A DNA stretch of 63,933 nt, the filler included, from Collodictyon triciliatum (lineage: Eukaryota): the NCBI GenBank assembly GCA_043381765.1. It is 4 parts of 4 records of this genome, joined end to end, with 100 filler letters (N's around TTAATTAATTAA, not from the genome) between each part and the next. Parts side by side here need not be neighbours in the genome. Positions count along the whole stretch, not along the records: positions 1 to 26,182 come from JBHJMP010001024.1; 3 more parts are not named here. The stretch is one strand, 5' to 3'. The notes under the pieces were generated by a model. It was not told where the DNA came from. It saw nothing but the letters and a program-made list of their open reading frames with translations, and searched no databases. This document shows, one piece after another, positions 1 to 22,400 of the stretch (the first letter of the stretch is position 1; every line of letters starts with the position of its first letter). The position numbers and the translations under genes were made by a program.

Positions 1-92
1 AAACAAAAACAAAAACAAAAACAAAAACAAAAACAAAAACAAAAACAAAAACAAAAACAAAAACAAAAACAAAAACAAAAACAAAAACAAAA
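1..92. repeat. (AAAAAC)n microsatellite
   Basis: Direct reading of a perfect hexamer array at the window start. Confidence 0.95.
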
Positions 93-164
93 AATAAAAG
101 AACAAAAAAACAAAGAAAAGAAAGCCTATTATCGCTCAATCAAGCGGGACTCCACGCAGCCCCA

Positions 165-3469
<3,305 letters not shown>

Positions 3470-3955
3470 GCTGCGGCGAGGAACTTTGTTTGCATGTGGC
3501 CTTCTCTGCTGTAGAAATATCGTGTGTGTCTGCGTCTGTGTGCTTGGTGGATGCCTTGGATTGTGGGGTGTTGGCTGTCGTTTCGTGTGCTTTCATGAGA
3601 GAAGGCGGTGTGTTTTATCGAAGAGGAAAAATATGATTCGTTATTCAGTCCCGTAAATAAAAACATAATCGGTCCTAAATAAACATTTTCACGCACCACC
3701 TACTCAAAGGAGATGAATAGCGAATATTATTATTGTTATTACTATTATTATTATTTCAGGTTTTGGTGGTGCTCGTCGGTTCATCTCACAAATACAGGTG
3801 GTTCGTGCTAAAATGTGCGGCTTGAGCACGAACTCGATATATATTTGTTTTTGGTTAGATTTATGCTGTGCCTCGGGTTCTTGGAGGTATGAAAATAGTG
3901 GAACAGAAACAGAAGAAACCCTCGTTTTCTTTGGAATTATGCGGTTTTTTTCGTA

Positions 3956-4977
3956 TTAATCATCGATTTTCTCGTCATCTCCATCTGTGATACCATCCTC
4001 GTCTTCATCGTCGTCATCGTCGTCGTCCAAGTTGTGCTGGTTTTTTTTTAAATATATATATATATATGTAATTGGTATTGGGCGAGAAAAGTAAGAGGAT
4101 ATTCGGAATCAAAAAAAAAGGAGTTGTTACAATATTTACTCGCAGAGGACAAATATATATCCTAATCATACTAGTGACTGTGACTGTTGTTTTTGAATTG
4201 AAAGGGTTCGAGTCATACTTTCTGCCTTTTGGAGCGGCGCTGTGGTGTAGGCTTCGATTTCTTCTTTGCAGCCCGAGATTGCTTTGCACCTTATGAGGTT
4301 GAAATGGAAGGTTATTATTTCGAGATATGAATTGCTCCTGAGAATAAGAAAGAAGGAAAAGAAAAGAAAAAGAAGATTGTTGAGGAGCTGAGGGTTCTGG
4401 TAATGGGGTGATATTTTGATATTCGCATAGGATTGATGTTCTCTGTACGAAAAGCTGCTTGGTCTCGTCTTGGGGATGGAAGTCTGTTGTTGGATTTTCG
4501 GCATATTGGACAATAATACTATGAGATGGGTTAGTAAATATATATATATATATATGATTTTGCAAAGTGCTGATGAAGAAAAAAACAAAATGGAATAAAA
4601 CGAAATAATAATTGCCCATGAAAAATCGGAGCGTTTCAAGAAACACTTCACACATTAAGGTATTTTTGATAAGGTTAGTGCACAACTCAGAAGCAACCAT
4701 TCATGGTGGATGTAAGGCATACTTGGAGGTGGTTTGGTGTCGCGTCGTCATAAAGCTTCACATCATACACGTGGTCGCAGGAGGCATGAACCCAACGGTC
4801 ACACATGTCACAGCAAATCCAGGCCTAGGTGGTTGATTATCATAGATTAGATGGCTATTTTTATTCAAATTTTTGTTTCCAGAGTGACAATTAACAAGGG
4901 CTGATATCCAGAAACGTTTGCACACTGGTCATCACATCATGGTATCAAATCAGATAACGAAGGTTACGGAGGATTTT

Positions 4978-5071
<94 letters not shown>

Positions 5072-5132
5072 NNNNNNNNNNNNNNNNNNNNNNNNNNNNN
5101 NNNNNNNNNNNNNNNNNNNNNNNNNNNNNNNN

Positions 5133-5183
<51 letters not shown>

Positions 5184-8100
5184 ATGAGGCTCCACTTTAT
5201 CATCCTCGGATGCCTTTTCGTCCTTTTGGTATTGACGTTTGCACACGGGACACCTGTGCAAATAAAAAAAAATCGGTTGGATGTGAACCATGTTAAACAG
5301 TCTGAAGAATAATGAAAGAAAGACAGAAAGGAAATTCATAGTGGTGGAGTATATAAGTAGGAAATTAAAGAATCACTTGTCTTCGGCGATGTGCTCAGTA
5401 GAAACCCCTCCTTTTTTTTCGGTTATACAAGATGTAATTGTTTGTTTTTTTCAATTTAGACCTTACATTTACCGTATACAAAACAATAAATGAGGCGAAA
5501 GAAAATATGATGAAGAAGGGGGAGTAGCGAATGAAGAAACCCAACAAAAGGGACATACGTACCTCTCTTGCTGGACGATTCAGACCTATGACGAGCTGGT
5601 GTAGCCTTCGAAATGGAGAGGGCAACGTGTTTGTTTGTTTGTTTGTTTGTTTGTTTGTTTGTTTGTTTGTTTGTTTGTTTGTTTGTTTGTTTGTTTGTTT
5701 GTTTGTTTGTTTGTTTGTTTGTTAAAGTATAACACTCATAAAAATAATATACTGCAGCAGGCAATCAGAGCGATGGATATTGTTACAAAAACATATTATT
5801 TACAGATGGCTGAGATGTTCTCGAAGTCGATGACCTGCGAGTAGATGAACCGCGTTGCACATGATTGTCATTTGAATCCGAATCAGTCTAAATATGAGTT
5901 CGAAATAGATAGATCGATTTGGATGGGTACGTAAGATTCATTGCATTATATTATTCACAATGGTACATTTAAAATGTGGTATAGTAAACTAATAAGCGTT
6001 TTTTGTATCACCTTGACATTTCCTCGACTCGAAAGAGATGTATTTATAGCATCTTTTATGGTTTCTTTCGACAATTGCGCTATGTCTGCCTTGACCCTTC
6101 TGCTGGAATTCTATGGAGGAATCAAAGGACGGAAGAAAGAGTATTGATGAATGGCCCAGAGCTTGAGAAAAGAGAATAAAGTAATTAAGAAAAAAAATCA
6201 GCTAAAGATGTAACAGCTCACTCAATGTAATTTTGCAATATTTTCGAAAAGAATTAATACAAAGACGATAGGTAAATTTTCAACAATATGAATTATCTGA
6301 AAATATTCTCGTTGGCACAGCACCAAAAGAAATAATAACACCTTAGTCAGGTGCTCATACACTTCATCTACAGTGGGTGTGTCTAGCTGGCTGACAACAG
6401 AGTTTATAACTGTAAAAGTAAATCGAAATGCATTTTTTTGTGTCTATTGCATAAATGAATAATTGTGCAGCGTTGATGAGGATGAATTTTGCTAGTGAGT
6501 AATCAAAGAAAAGAACAAGAAAAGAGAATTTGGATCAAACTTGACTGTAGATCAATTTCGAGCTTTGGGGTGCCCTTCTTCGCATTGGAGGAGCCCTAGT
6601 TTGTAAGAATATTCATTTGAAGAGAGCATATTTAGAGACTGCTTAATGCGATTGACTTAATTCAGAAAGGAAGACATTGATTTATTTGATGAATGCAGAG
6701 GCAATGTGACAGTAATAAAAAAAAAACCAAACATTCGATTTTTCCACCGAACTCTTCTCGCTGGACCTTGAGGATGCATGTTTCAAAACAGGCGTTGTGG
6801 TCCCCTTCTTATCTTCAGACTTAGATTGTATTTGGCCGGGTGAATGCGTAATCCAATATAATGTAGAGGCAAGAGAGTGGACTTATTAACCTTCAAAATC
6901 TCTCTTCTGAACTTTTGCCGATTTCTTCTCTCTTTTTTCTGCACTAAAAAAAATACTGGAAGAATGCATGTTGGAGTTGAAGAAAAACTTACCTTAACTG
7001 GTGTATAGTCACCGTCGCTGTTTGCAGTGACGAGTGTCGGGCGAGATACGCTCGTTGGCGTGCTCGTCGGGATTGCACTTTGTGTGTGGGTATGCGCGGT
7101 GGGGCTGGTGATGGCAGGTACAGGGGTAGTTTGCTGTTGTGACTGTGGTTGTTGTAGCAGTGTCTTGGATTTAACTACCTCCTTTGATGAATTTGCTTTT
7201 GTCTTCAGAGGCTTATGTGCAAACTTTGTCCCTTTCAGATACTAAGTATGAATTGTTTGAATTAGTGACGAAAGTTAAATAATAAAGAATCATATTGAGT
7301 GATTGTATGCATTCATTTCCCCCTCGTCTCTAATTTTAACCTAGTTACTGTGATAGGCTGCTTCAGCGCGATGGAAAAAAAGTATTATTGAACTTACATC
7401 ATCAAGAAAGTCGTGAAGCCTCATATAAATGATATCGCTTTCTGAATGTAAAATAACTCATTTTATTTGTTTGAATTATTTTTTATTCAATTTTGAATTT
7501 AATGCAGCCAATCACCATATAATATAAGTATCCGATTAAATTTTTGATACTTTATAAAGTAACAAAGTTTACATAGTATGCTATATTCTTTGGAAAAGTA
7601 AAAGGAACCTTTCTTCTGCTGACCGTTTTGTTGATTAGGAGAAGATGTTTGGTTTGCGGTTATAGGGTTGATACGAGGACGCCCATTCTTTGTTTTTGTA
7701 TCTTCTATAGGTCCGGGATTCTTCAATAATTAAAATGGTGTATTTTTAGACAAGAGAAACTGTTGAAATTAGCATTAATGAGTGGTTTTCTTTGTTGAGA
7801 AAAAATGAAGATGAAAATAGATGGAAACATTGAAAGCATAAAAAGAATGCAATATTAGAGAAATTGTAAGCGAGAAGAAATACCCCTACGTTTATTATTT
7901 CAATCTGCTTCGCATACAATTCTTTCAGCTGGAGTAGCAACATAAATAAAAAAATAGAAATGGTTGGGTGTCATTATTACACAGAAATACGACCAACCAG
8001 TCGCATTTTATGGATCAATCATTAGATAACTAACTAGATATATCAACGATATAAACAGATATGAATGCATTTGGTTGTATCGACCGTGGATTGGATCCGA

Positions 8101-9193
8101 CCGATTACTCCATGATTGAGACTATCCGGGTGAGAGACAAAATACATACATGCATACACACATTTAAAGGGAGAGAGTCAACACAGACAAACCTGCATCA
8201 TTCTGCCAAAGACTTCATCTTCGGTCGGCTGCGCATCTTCTTCAGCGTCGTTATCTCCAAAAAGATCCGCCCCGTCGTGAACGCAGCAGCAACGATTGCG
8301 ATCCGTAATTCGTTCGCGTTTCGCCCGCCGACTTGAACCCGTCTTCGTGCGGGGTGTTCGAATCGTTTCTGTTTGTTTGAGGGGTGCAGACTCAGCTTGG
8401 GAGAATGATGGAAGAAGAATAGACTGGAAAAGAAAAAGAAAAAGAAAAAGAAAAAGAAAAAGAAAAAGAAAAAGAAAAAGAAAAAGAAAAAGAAAAAGAA
8501 AAAGAAAAAGAAAGAAAAGAAAAAGAAAAGGAAAGAAAAAGAAAAGGAAAGAAAAGGAAAGAAAAGAAAAAGAAAAAAAGAAAAAGAAAAAGAAATGTAT
8601 TGTACCCATCGTTGCGCGATTTGTCGAGTCCCGATCGCGCGCTGAAGCATCGAATGGAAGTGAGTACCAAGAGAATCGAAAATGGGGGCATTGACGGCTT
8701 CAGTGTAACTTTTTTTCTTTTTTTCTTCTGTATTTTGTATTTCTCTTTTGTTTTCTTTTTTCCTTTCTCTGGTACCCTGTTGCAATATCCTTTTCGTTTT
8801 CAACCTCGTTCTTGTTAGCAATTGGAAACGATTATCACACACCCCCACGAAACAAACAAACAAACAAACAAACAAACAAACAAACAAACAAACAAACAAA
8901 CAAACAAACAAACAAACAATACAAACAAACAATACAAACAAACAATACAAACAAACAATACAAACAAACAATACAAACAAACAAACAAACAATACAAACA
9001 AACAAACAAACAAACAAACAAACAAACAAACAAACAAACAAACAAACAAACAAACAAACAAACAAACAAACAAACAAACAAACAAACAAAACCAAAACAA
9101 CTCAACTCAACTCAAATACCCAAAGAAAAGAAGTAGCCAATATGTTAAAAGCGGGCACTGTGGATCGGACAGAATTCGAGCGACAGAGTCCAT
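3956..9193 (-). CDS. PHD-finger nuclear protein (multi-exon) with acidic C-terminal tail
   Basis: Exons at ~5194-5254, 4723-4824 and from ~4518 downward join into CPVC..DDK|AWICCDMCDRWVHASCDHVYD..NHLQ|YYCPIC, a C4HC3 PHD finger. A basic exon (AAKKKSKPTPQRRSKRQK) and an acidic last exon ending at TAA 3956-3958 follow. Upstream exons run through 5.5-8.8 kb; start ATG 9193 is tentative. Confidence 0.75.
8427..8594. repeat. (AAAAAG)n intronic microsatellite
   Basis: Direct reading. Confidence 0.9.
8850..9090. repeat. (AAAC)n microsatellite with AAAC-AAAC-AAT variant units
   Basis: Direct reading. Confidence 0.9.
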
Positions 9194-9414
9194 AGCGCCG
9201 GACTCAGCAGAACTGCGTCGAGAGGCGAGGCGAGGCGAGGCGAGCGAATCAAGACTGTTCACAGCACCGCTCAAAGCTGCGAGATGCGGTTGTTCATCGT
9301 AGCCTGGCCGCTTTATTGCTGCGCGGAAAAAGGAGTCGGGGTTGGATATCGACAGACTTTGTCCATCGCGTTTGGACACAGTCCCCTGCTTTCAGGCTTG
9401 AAGAGAGCCACGCG

Positions 9415-15100
<5,686 letters not shown>

Positions 15101-15499
15101 ATATACATGCATACAATTATATATATAATGGATTGATACGCAACTCGATGGTATTTTGTGGTGCTACAGTCAAGAAAAATAATAATCACGGTAATTTCCA
15201 GAATTATTCACATCACACAGCCGACCAAACTTTCGGCGAATCGTCCGATCTGATTCGCTTAAACTAAACCTGCAAGAAGCCGGGTTTAAATAAAGCAGAA
15301 AAGAGATCGGAATCTGCCTCAAAGAAAACGCTGCGAACAAAAACCAGCCAAAGATAAGTATCTATGGTATCAAGTAGAAAGATACGCATTTCATTGGGGT
15401 TTGAAACAAGTAAACGATTCCTTAATATTAAAGGCAACCATTCTCGCTTTCAGTGATTTAATAGTACGGAAGGCTTTCTTGTCTGAAACGTAAAGAAAG

Positions 15500-17082
15500 A
15501 TGACAGCAAAGGCATGGGTTCTAGAGGACGCAGATTTCTTTGTCGAGACACAAAGCGGCGAGAAGGTGCGCATAGAGTCGAGTCTTATAGAGGGCGGTAT
15601 CCTTCGATGGACGTGCGAGTGTCTCCCGGACGAAAGCGGGCTTTGCAAGCATATAATCACATCGCTGCTCAAGAGTGCGGTGAGGTCTGTCTATGACTCC
15701 CTGAAGCCTGTGAGTCTGCCTCTCTATCTGCAACTGAGGAAAGCATATATATTTATATACATGTAGAAAAAAATATTATACACGACAAGACATGGAGTTT
15801 AAAAATTCACTTTGTAGTCGGCAAACAGTCCTCGGAAAGTTCGGTTTCACGATCATCAGGGATATTTGCAGCGCAGCGATATGGCCTCCAGAAATACAAC
15901 CCCTAAGCATCAGAGACATGCAGAATGTAATTCATCAGACTCCCATCTAGTTATCCAAGAGGAGAGATCCGCTAAGAAAGACGAAAGAGGGTACCTTGAA
16001 AACGAAAGATCAGTTGCCGCTACATCTTGTTCCTCCCTCACATGCATCTGCCACGCCTCCACAAAGAAGCACATATATGTAGCGTTTTAAAATGGGTTTA
16101 TTTTCAATTCCCCAGGCCATATGAGAGAGGACACTTTGATCATCTCAAAGAAAAAGGTCCACAAATAAACGCGCAAAGCTTCAGATACCCAAACAGCAGA
16201 GATGATTTCACTGAGCGGATGAACAATCCAATAAAAAGAAATTGGGAGCCCAACCCAGTCTATGAGGTCCAAGAAGAGCATAGCCCCGTGAAGAAAAGTC
16301 GAGCGATTAATGGTAAGGACAATCTATATTCCCTATCGGCATCCGCAATAATTGTTCATCATCGCTAAAAATGGATTATCTACCCCAAACCCAACAGATG
16401 CGAGTACAGTCAGAGCCCCGCAAGGCTTCAGGAACCAAAAACCTCATCAATTCGGCGAAGTTAGCAGCGGACACAAGGTAGTTTAATGGGGTTTACAAGT
16501 GCGAGGAACTAGACCGATTCCTAACATAGTATCCCACTATAGCCCATGTCCGACTGGGTTGAGACCCAAGATTACATTCACTCCAAACCATGTCCGACGG
16601 ACACAGCATGCCACAGAAAATCTTACAAGTAATTCGACGTATTCTTTTCATGAAACAGAAACAAAAGAAAACACACGATGGAAATGTTTAGACAGATCGT
16701 AATGATACTTTTGAGTCACAGTAACATAATCCCTCAGATTCCAAGAGCACGCATCACTCGCAGACACCCGAGCAACCAAACAACCACTCGCACAAAGGCA
16801 ATTGTGCAACGATGAGGCATCTGAAGACTCTGTCCTCAGCTTTTATCTTGATCGCTTCAAGAAGCCGGTTCACCAGCCCAGCAAGGTGAGAAGACGAATC
16901 GACTCGGGTTGAATCATGAACCCATTGAAGCGTCGTACTGCGCAAAAGAAAAGAAAAAGAAAAAGAAAAAGAAACATATTTTGAAAATACCATGAAATAA
17001 TACTTTCCACGAAATACAGAGCCCAGTCACACACCGCCCCATCCTGCGGCGCACATATGCGTCATGTACACCGACGGAGTAG
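15500..17082 (+). CDS. SWIM zinc-finger gene or pseudogene (multi-exon)
   Basis: WTCECLPDESGLCKHII matches the SWIM CxC..CxH pattern. Downstream GT-AG exons at ~16115-16313, 16398-16477, 16543-16628, 16738-16884 and 17020-17082, but not all phases reconcile. Confidence 0.5.
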
Positions 17083-17949
17083 ATTCACCTCTGCTTGATC
17101 GGAGACAAGATAAGAAAGGTTAATGACTGGAAAATAGAAGAAGTATTCGTGGCGACGTCTGCATTTCTCCATCAACCCACATATAAAGCTATGCATGTAC
17201 TTCAGTCACACAGATATGAATGAAAAGAAAAGAGAAAGCGTGATTTGGACGTCGGCAGGCTTGTCTTCTCTTCTTTTATTGAGAGACACGTCACATATAT
17301 TCAATCCCTCGCCAGTGCAACGCGCTTCATCAGATATCAGAGATCGAAATAAAAAAAAATTATAATTGGTGTGTATGCTTTGCATCGGTAGTTTAAAATC
17401 CTGTGGAAAAACACATGAAAAGAATTCGAATAGAATAAATATTAGAGAATAGCAAATAGGGAAAGGTAAAGCACAACTCCCATATTCCATTTAGCATCTC
17501 TTATCGGAACTGGGCTCTTCCTGCGGCTGCCATGTCTTCAAATATCAAAGATGTTCTTTGGGTAAATAATAATTTCACTAATCGCACAACCAACCAGGAT
17601 TTCTGCATCGGTTAAATTGTGGCACTCGCAAGTTTCATTCCCAGTCAGGTTGTGTTGCGAAATATCGGAGGGCTTTGGAATGTGTCATACGAACACCAGA
17701 AACTCTACTTCTGATTGGATTATATTCGATGGATATCTAAAAAGTCTCAAAGTACTCAAGAACTCTACGGATAATGACAGAATGTTAGAGGTCAGTCTTG
17801 GAATTAAATAATTTGCAGGTGTCTAGGGACTTTGTACTTTATTTCGATTCAATTTCCGATTTAAATAGTCAATGTATTCTTTAGAGCTTAATCCTCTAGT
17901 GAACAAGATTTTGCTCCTCAAGGAGTCAATTAACATGAACATTTCTAAC

Positions 17950-18272
17950 TTTATTTTCTGTCTTTTTTCTTCCTTTCAATTTTGTGCAGGATAATTGGAG
18001 TTTGGCTTTGGTTCGCTAGCCATCGTGTGCACGGATACTACTTGTTGGCCGGGTGGTGGAGAAGGAGTCAATAATCAGGTATTGCATCCTGCGGTTTGGC
18101 CTGTAGCCTGGGTCTTGTGCTTGCATGAGAGAGACAAGGCGAGGTTGAATCTCTTTCTCGGCTTCTTTCCACATGTCTCTTCTCACAGGGTCTGAATAAT
18201 AGAGAACGTGCAGGTGGCGAAGGAAACTGTTGAGGAAAGAGATTTGTATGATGTCATCCAGCCTATTATCAG
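17950..18272 (-). mobile_element. 5'-truncated 3' end of a non-LTR (L1/Tx1-like) retrotransposon
   Basis: Clearly aligns with 57410-57703 over ~290 bp; A-rich tail on the minus strand; shares its terminal ~60 nt with the TSD-flanked copy at 24671. Confidence 0.7.
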
Positions 18273-19448
18273 TAATTCACATGTGAACGCACATTGTTTC
18301 CTGATATTGGACTGTGTGTATACTGGCACTAAAGGAGAACATGGAGTCGATTCGTTGAGTTGGAGTGCTACAGGCTGTCTTTATAATCTTGCATAGTTTC
18401 CTACGCCTAAAGAATAAGTTAGAGATTAAATGACCCATTAGTGCGCAAGAGGCTCTTTTTGGACAAACAAACAAACAAACAAACAAACAAACAAACAAAC
18501 AAACAAACAAACAAACAAACAAACAAACAAACAAACAAACAAACAAACAAACAAACAAAGGTAGACAGATAGATTAGTAAATGTTATTTTGACAATTGTT
18601 GGTGTTTGGGATCAAATAAGAACATCGTGGAGGCTGTTTTGCCCANNNNNNNNNNNNNNNNNNNNNNNNNNNNNNNNNNNNNNNNNNNNNNNNNNNNNNN
18701 NNNNNNNNNNNNNNNNNNNNNNNNNNNNNNNNNNNNNNNNNNNNNNNNNNNNNNNNNNNNNNNNNNNNNNNNNNNNNNNNNNNNNNNNNNNNNNNNNNNN
18801 NNNNNNNNNNNNNNNNNNNNNNNNNNNNNNNNNNNNNNNNNNNNNNNNNNNNNNNNNNNNNNNNNNNNNNNNNNNNNNNNNNNNNNNNNNNNNNNNNNNN
18901 NNNNNNNNNNNNNNNNNNNNNNNNNNNNNNNNNNNNNNNNNNNNNNNNNNNNNNNNNNNNNNNNNNNNNNNNNNNNNNNNNNNNNNNNNNNNNNNNNNNN
19001 NNNNNNNNNNNNNNNNNNNNNNNNNNNNNNNNNNNNNNNNNNNNNNNNNNNNNNNNNNNNNNNNNNNGCCTGTTATAATAATAGGCATTCATATAACATT
19101 AGGGAGAAATATTCCAAAAAGATAAACCAAATAATAATAATGAAATTTTTACAATTTGATTTTTATTGATACTTTAATATGAGAATATTTTCATTAAACT
19201 ATAGTAGAATGGGCCTTATGAAGATCAGCGATGACGGGTGATTAACAACTAAAGAAACATGCTGAAATGATATTTTTTTGATGGATTAACATATACTTTA
19301 TACATTGGCTTACTTTTTTTTTTAATCAAAAAAAGCACTACTTGTTTTGACTCATAGATCATACTTTGGTGATTTAAATGATTTCACAAAAATAATACTT
19401 TGCGATTCTCAAGTATAACTATATTTTCCGCTTAGATGCTTTAAACCT

Positions 19449-22400
19449 ATGGTTATTTCTTTAGTAATCATCTTAATGGTTTCATCAACATCTGCTCATC
19501 TATTTGAGAGGTAAGTCCTAACTTTTTTATTATAATAATCATTCCTTTAAATTTGTGAAAAATGTTGATATTTTGGCTTTGGTTTGGAGTTTTGTCCATA
19601 TTTTATTTTAAAAAAATTTCATTCACAACTTTCACTTTATATAGTTGTCAGTATAAAACAAATGATTTACTGTCAATGAAAATGGAGGATGCTTTCAAGA
19701 TCTTACTCAGTCACTATGAAAAAAATTGCCTTTATGCCAACCAATGTTATGAAAGAAACCCATCAAAGGTGTTTGTTAATGGCGAACAAAGGAATCTAGA
19801 CTTTATGATAAGCTTTAGTTCATGGGGTCTGGAGAGAAAAAATTTTGTGGATGAAATTAACTTCTACCAAAAACAGCATTACCACCATTTAAATGGACTC
19901 AAAAATTCGACATCTATTAGTCCAAGTGAGAAATATTCTGGAGATGGCGTAACATATCAATATCAGCAACTTGTCAAACTGTACGATCTATTCAACGGTG
20001 ATAATTGGTTTAACAAGAACGGATGGAATGATGAAAAAATACCTCTATGTGATTGGTATGGAATAAAATGCCACCGATTATGTACTCCTGAGAGTTATTT
20101 GGTGAGGTTTAAATATTACATTCGACCAAATTATGCCTACTCACAATCACTATTATAGAACAACACCTGCCCTGTGGTCAAAATAGAGCTACCATTCAAT
20201 AATCTTTTTGGCGACATCGAATCCGCGGTTCTGATTCTCCAACAATTTCCTTTTATTTCGACGCTGGATTTTGAGTTTAATTTTATTTTCGGAAATCTTC
20301 CTGATTTTCATCTACCGGCGATTATCAAATTAAGCCTCTACAGTAATAAAATTACTGGAACTATTCCAGATTTCAAAGGAATACCAAATATAGAGTATTT
20401 GAGATTAGACAAAAATGAATTAGATGGGTTTATACCCAATTTTTCCATGATTCCAAAAATGAATGTTTTGTCTATCGGATCAAGCAATAAGCTCACAGGT
20501 TCTTTTTTTTTTTTTTTAAATATAAAAATCACAGGGATGTAAACATTTTTTCTAAATTGAAATTTCTTGCAGGAACCTTGCCAGATTTTTCTTACATGGC
20601 CCTCATTCAAAAACTATATATTCTTGAAAGCGGAATTTATGGTTGGTATTATTAATCGATAATAGCCCATTATTAATTGAAATTACTGAATCAAGTTTTA
20701 TTTAGGAACGATACCAGATTTCGGTAGAATTCCAATTATTAAGATTCTTTATCTCACGGATAATCAGCTTACTGGTAAGGGAAACTGCTGTCCAAAAAAT
20801 TGCTTTTGTTTTACATTTTGAAGAGGCACATTCAAGTTTTAAAATTCTCCTGTTGAAAAATTTTATTTTATTTAGGAACAATCCCAAGATTTAGCTCAAC
20901 CCCCATGATCCAGGGGTTGTATATGGAAAAAAATTTCTTAAATGGTTAAAAGTAAAAACATTGTATACCATTTTGTAACTCACTAACTCAAGAAATCTAG
21001 GAACAATACCCGAATTCTCAAATATTCGAAATGCAAAGGAAATCTACGTTCCCTTCAATAGGTTGACTGGTTGGTTTTCATATCGATTTTATGTTTCAAT
21101 TCCATTCTAATTTACTAGTACAGGAACAATCCCAGACTTTGGTCATATTCGACTTGTCAATGAAATATATTTTCACGGGAATCAACTAAAAGGTTTGTAA
21201 CTTTATCAAGTTTATAAAATAGTGTTAATTTTAAAATAAAATTACTGCAGGAAATATACCAAACTTCAAAAATATACCAAGGGTTCAAGTGGTCTCATTC
21301 TACCAAAATTATCTCAGTGGTAAATTTAGGCAATTTAAAGAACATACATGACTTTGTACTGACTTCTTCATATAGGAACGATTCCAAACTTCGATGGCAT
21401 TCCAAACTTGAGAAAGATTTTCCTGCATAATAACCAGTTGTTTGGTAATTTATTTATATTTTTATACAAATACTTTTTACTAATCATTTCATTAGGAAAT
21501 ATTACAAATTTCAGTTCTATTCCAATTATTGAGGAGATGTATCTACATTCCAACCAACTCGAAGGTATACAATAAAATATTCCATTAATTAACTTATTTG
21601 CTGAAGTTTTTAATTTGCAGGAATAATACCGAACTTCAATGAATTACAGCTAATTAAAATTCTCTATCTGTCTGATAATCAACTGTCTGGTAATTGATAA
21701 CAATTTCAAATTTTACATACGATTATGCTTCGATTCCAAAAGCTCAACTTTTCTGATTTTTTAAGGATATATTCCAAACTTCAGTGACATTAAAAGTGCC
21801 GAAGTCATGTATCTTTCTATTAACCAGCTGAATGGTAATCAAATGAATCTTTCGATTTCTATTTCATTTTTTAATTACTACACACAGAACCATCTAAAAA
21901 TTTTATATTGCAGGACCAATTCCCAATTTCAGTTTTATTCCACTAATCAAAGAGATCTATCTTGATAGTAACCATTTGAACGGTAATTTAAATGATTCAA
22001 AAAAATTATTGTACAATTCTAATGAATATTTTTTGTCTAGGAACCATTCCAAACTTCGACAGCATCCCCATGATTCGGATGATTTTACTTTTAAAAAATA
22101 AGTTACATGGTATGTTAAATGAACAGGTTAAATATAATTATATGTTCATTATTAATACTGATTTTCTACTATAGGAACGATCCCAAACTTTGTTGGAATT
22201 CCGCATATCGAGGAAATTAACGTGTCTAACAACTACCTGACGGGTAAGTTAAGATACCATTCTCTGTAATTAATTTATTGAATCAAATAATATTTCCAGG
22301 AATGTTATTTGACCTGGATAGCGTCACAAGTGTTCGAAGGATTCATCTTGATAAGAATCGTCTAAAAGGTAATATGAAGTATCTTATGGTGCACCTGAGA

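Noticed and set aside
3801-3833. 9-bp inverted repeat GTTCGTGCT/AGCACGAAC between convergent genes
   Set aside because: A single short hairpin with no tRNA boxes or second copy; could be chance.
17837-17852. CTTTATTTCGATTCAA, resembling the micro-element (also 26420-26440 and 40787-40804)
   Set aside because: Degenerate and without identifiable TSDs; not counted, though they may be old copies.
20573-22368. Regularly spaced AGGAAC..ATTCC motifs as a CRISPR-like array
   Set aside because: They are splice acceptors plus LRR codons in a eukaryotic gene.
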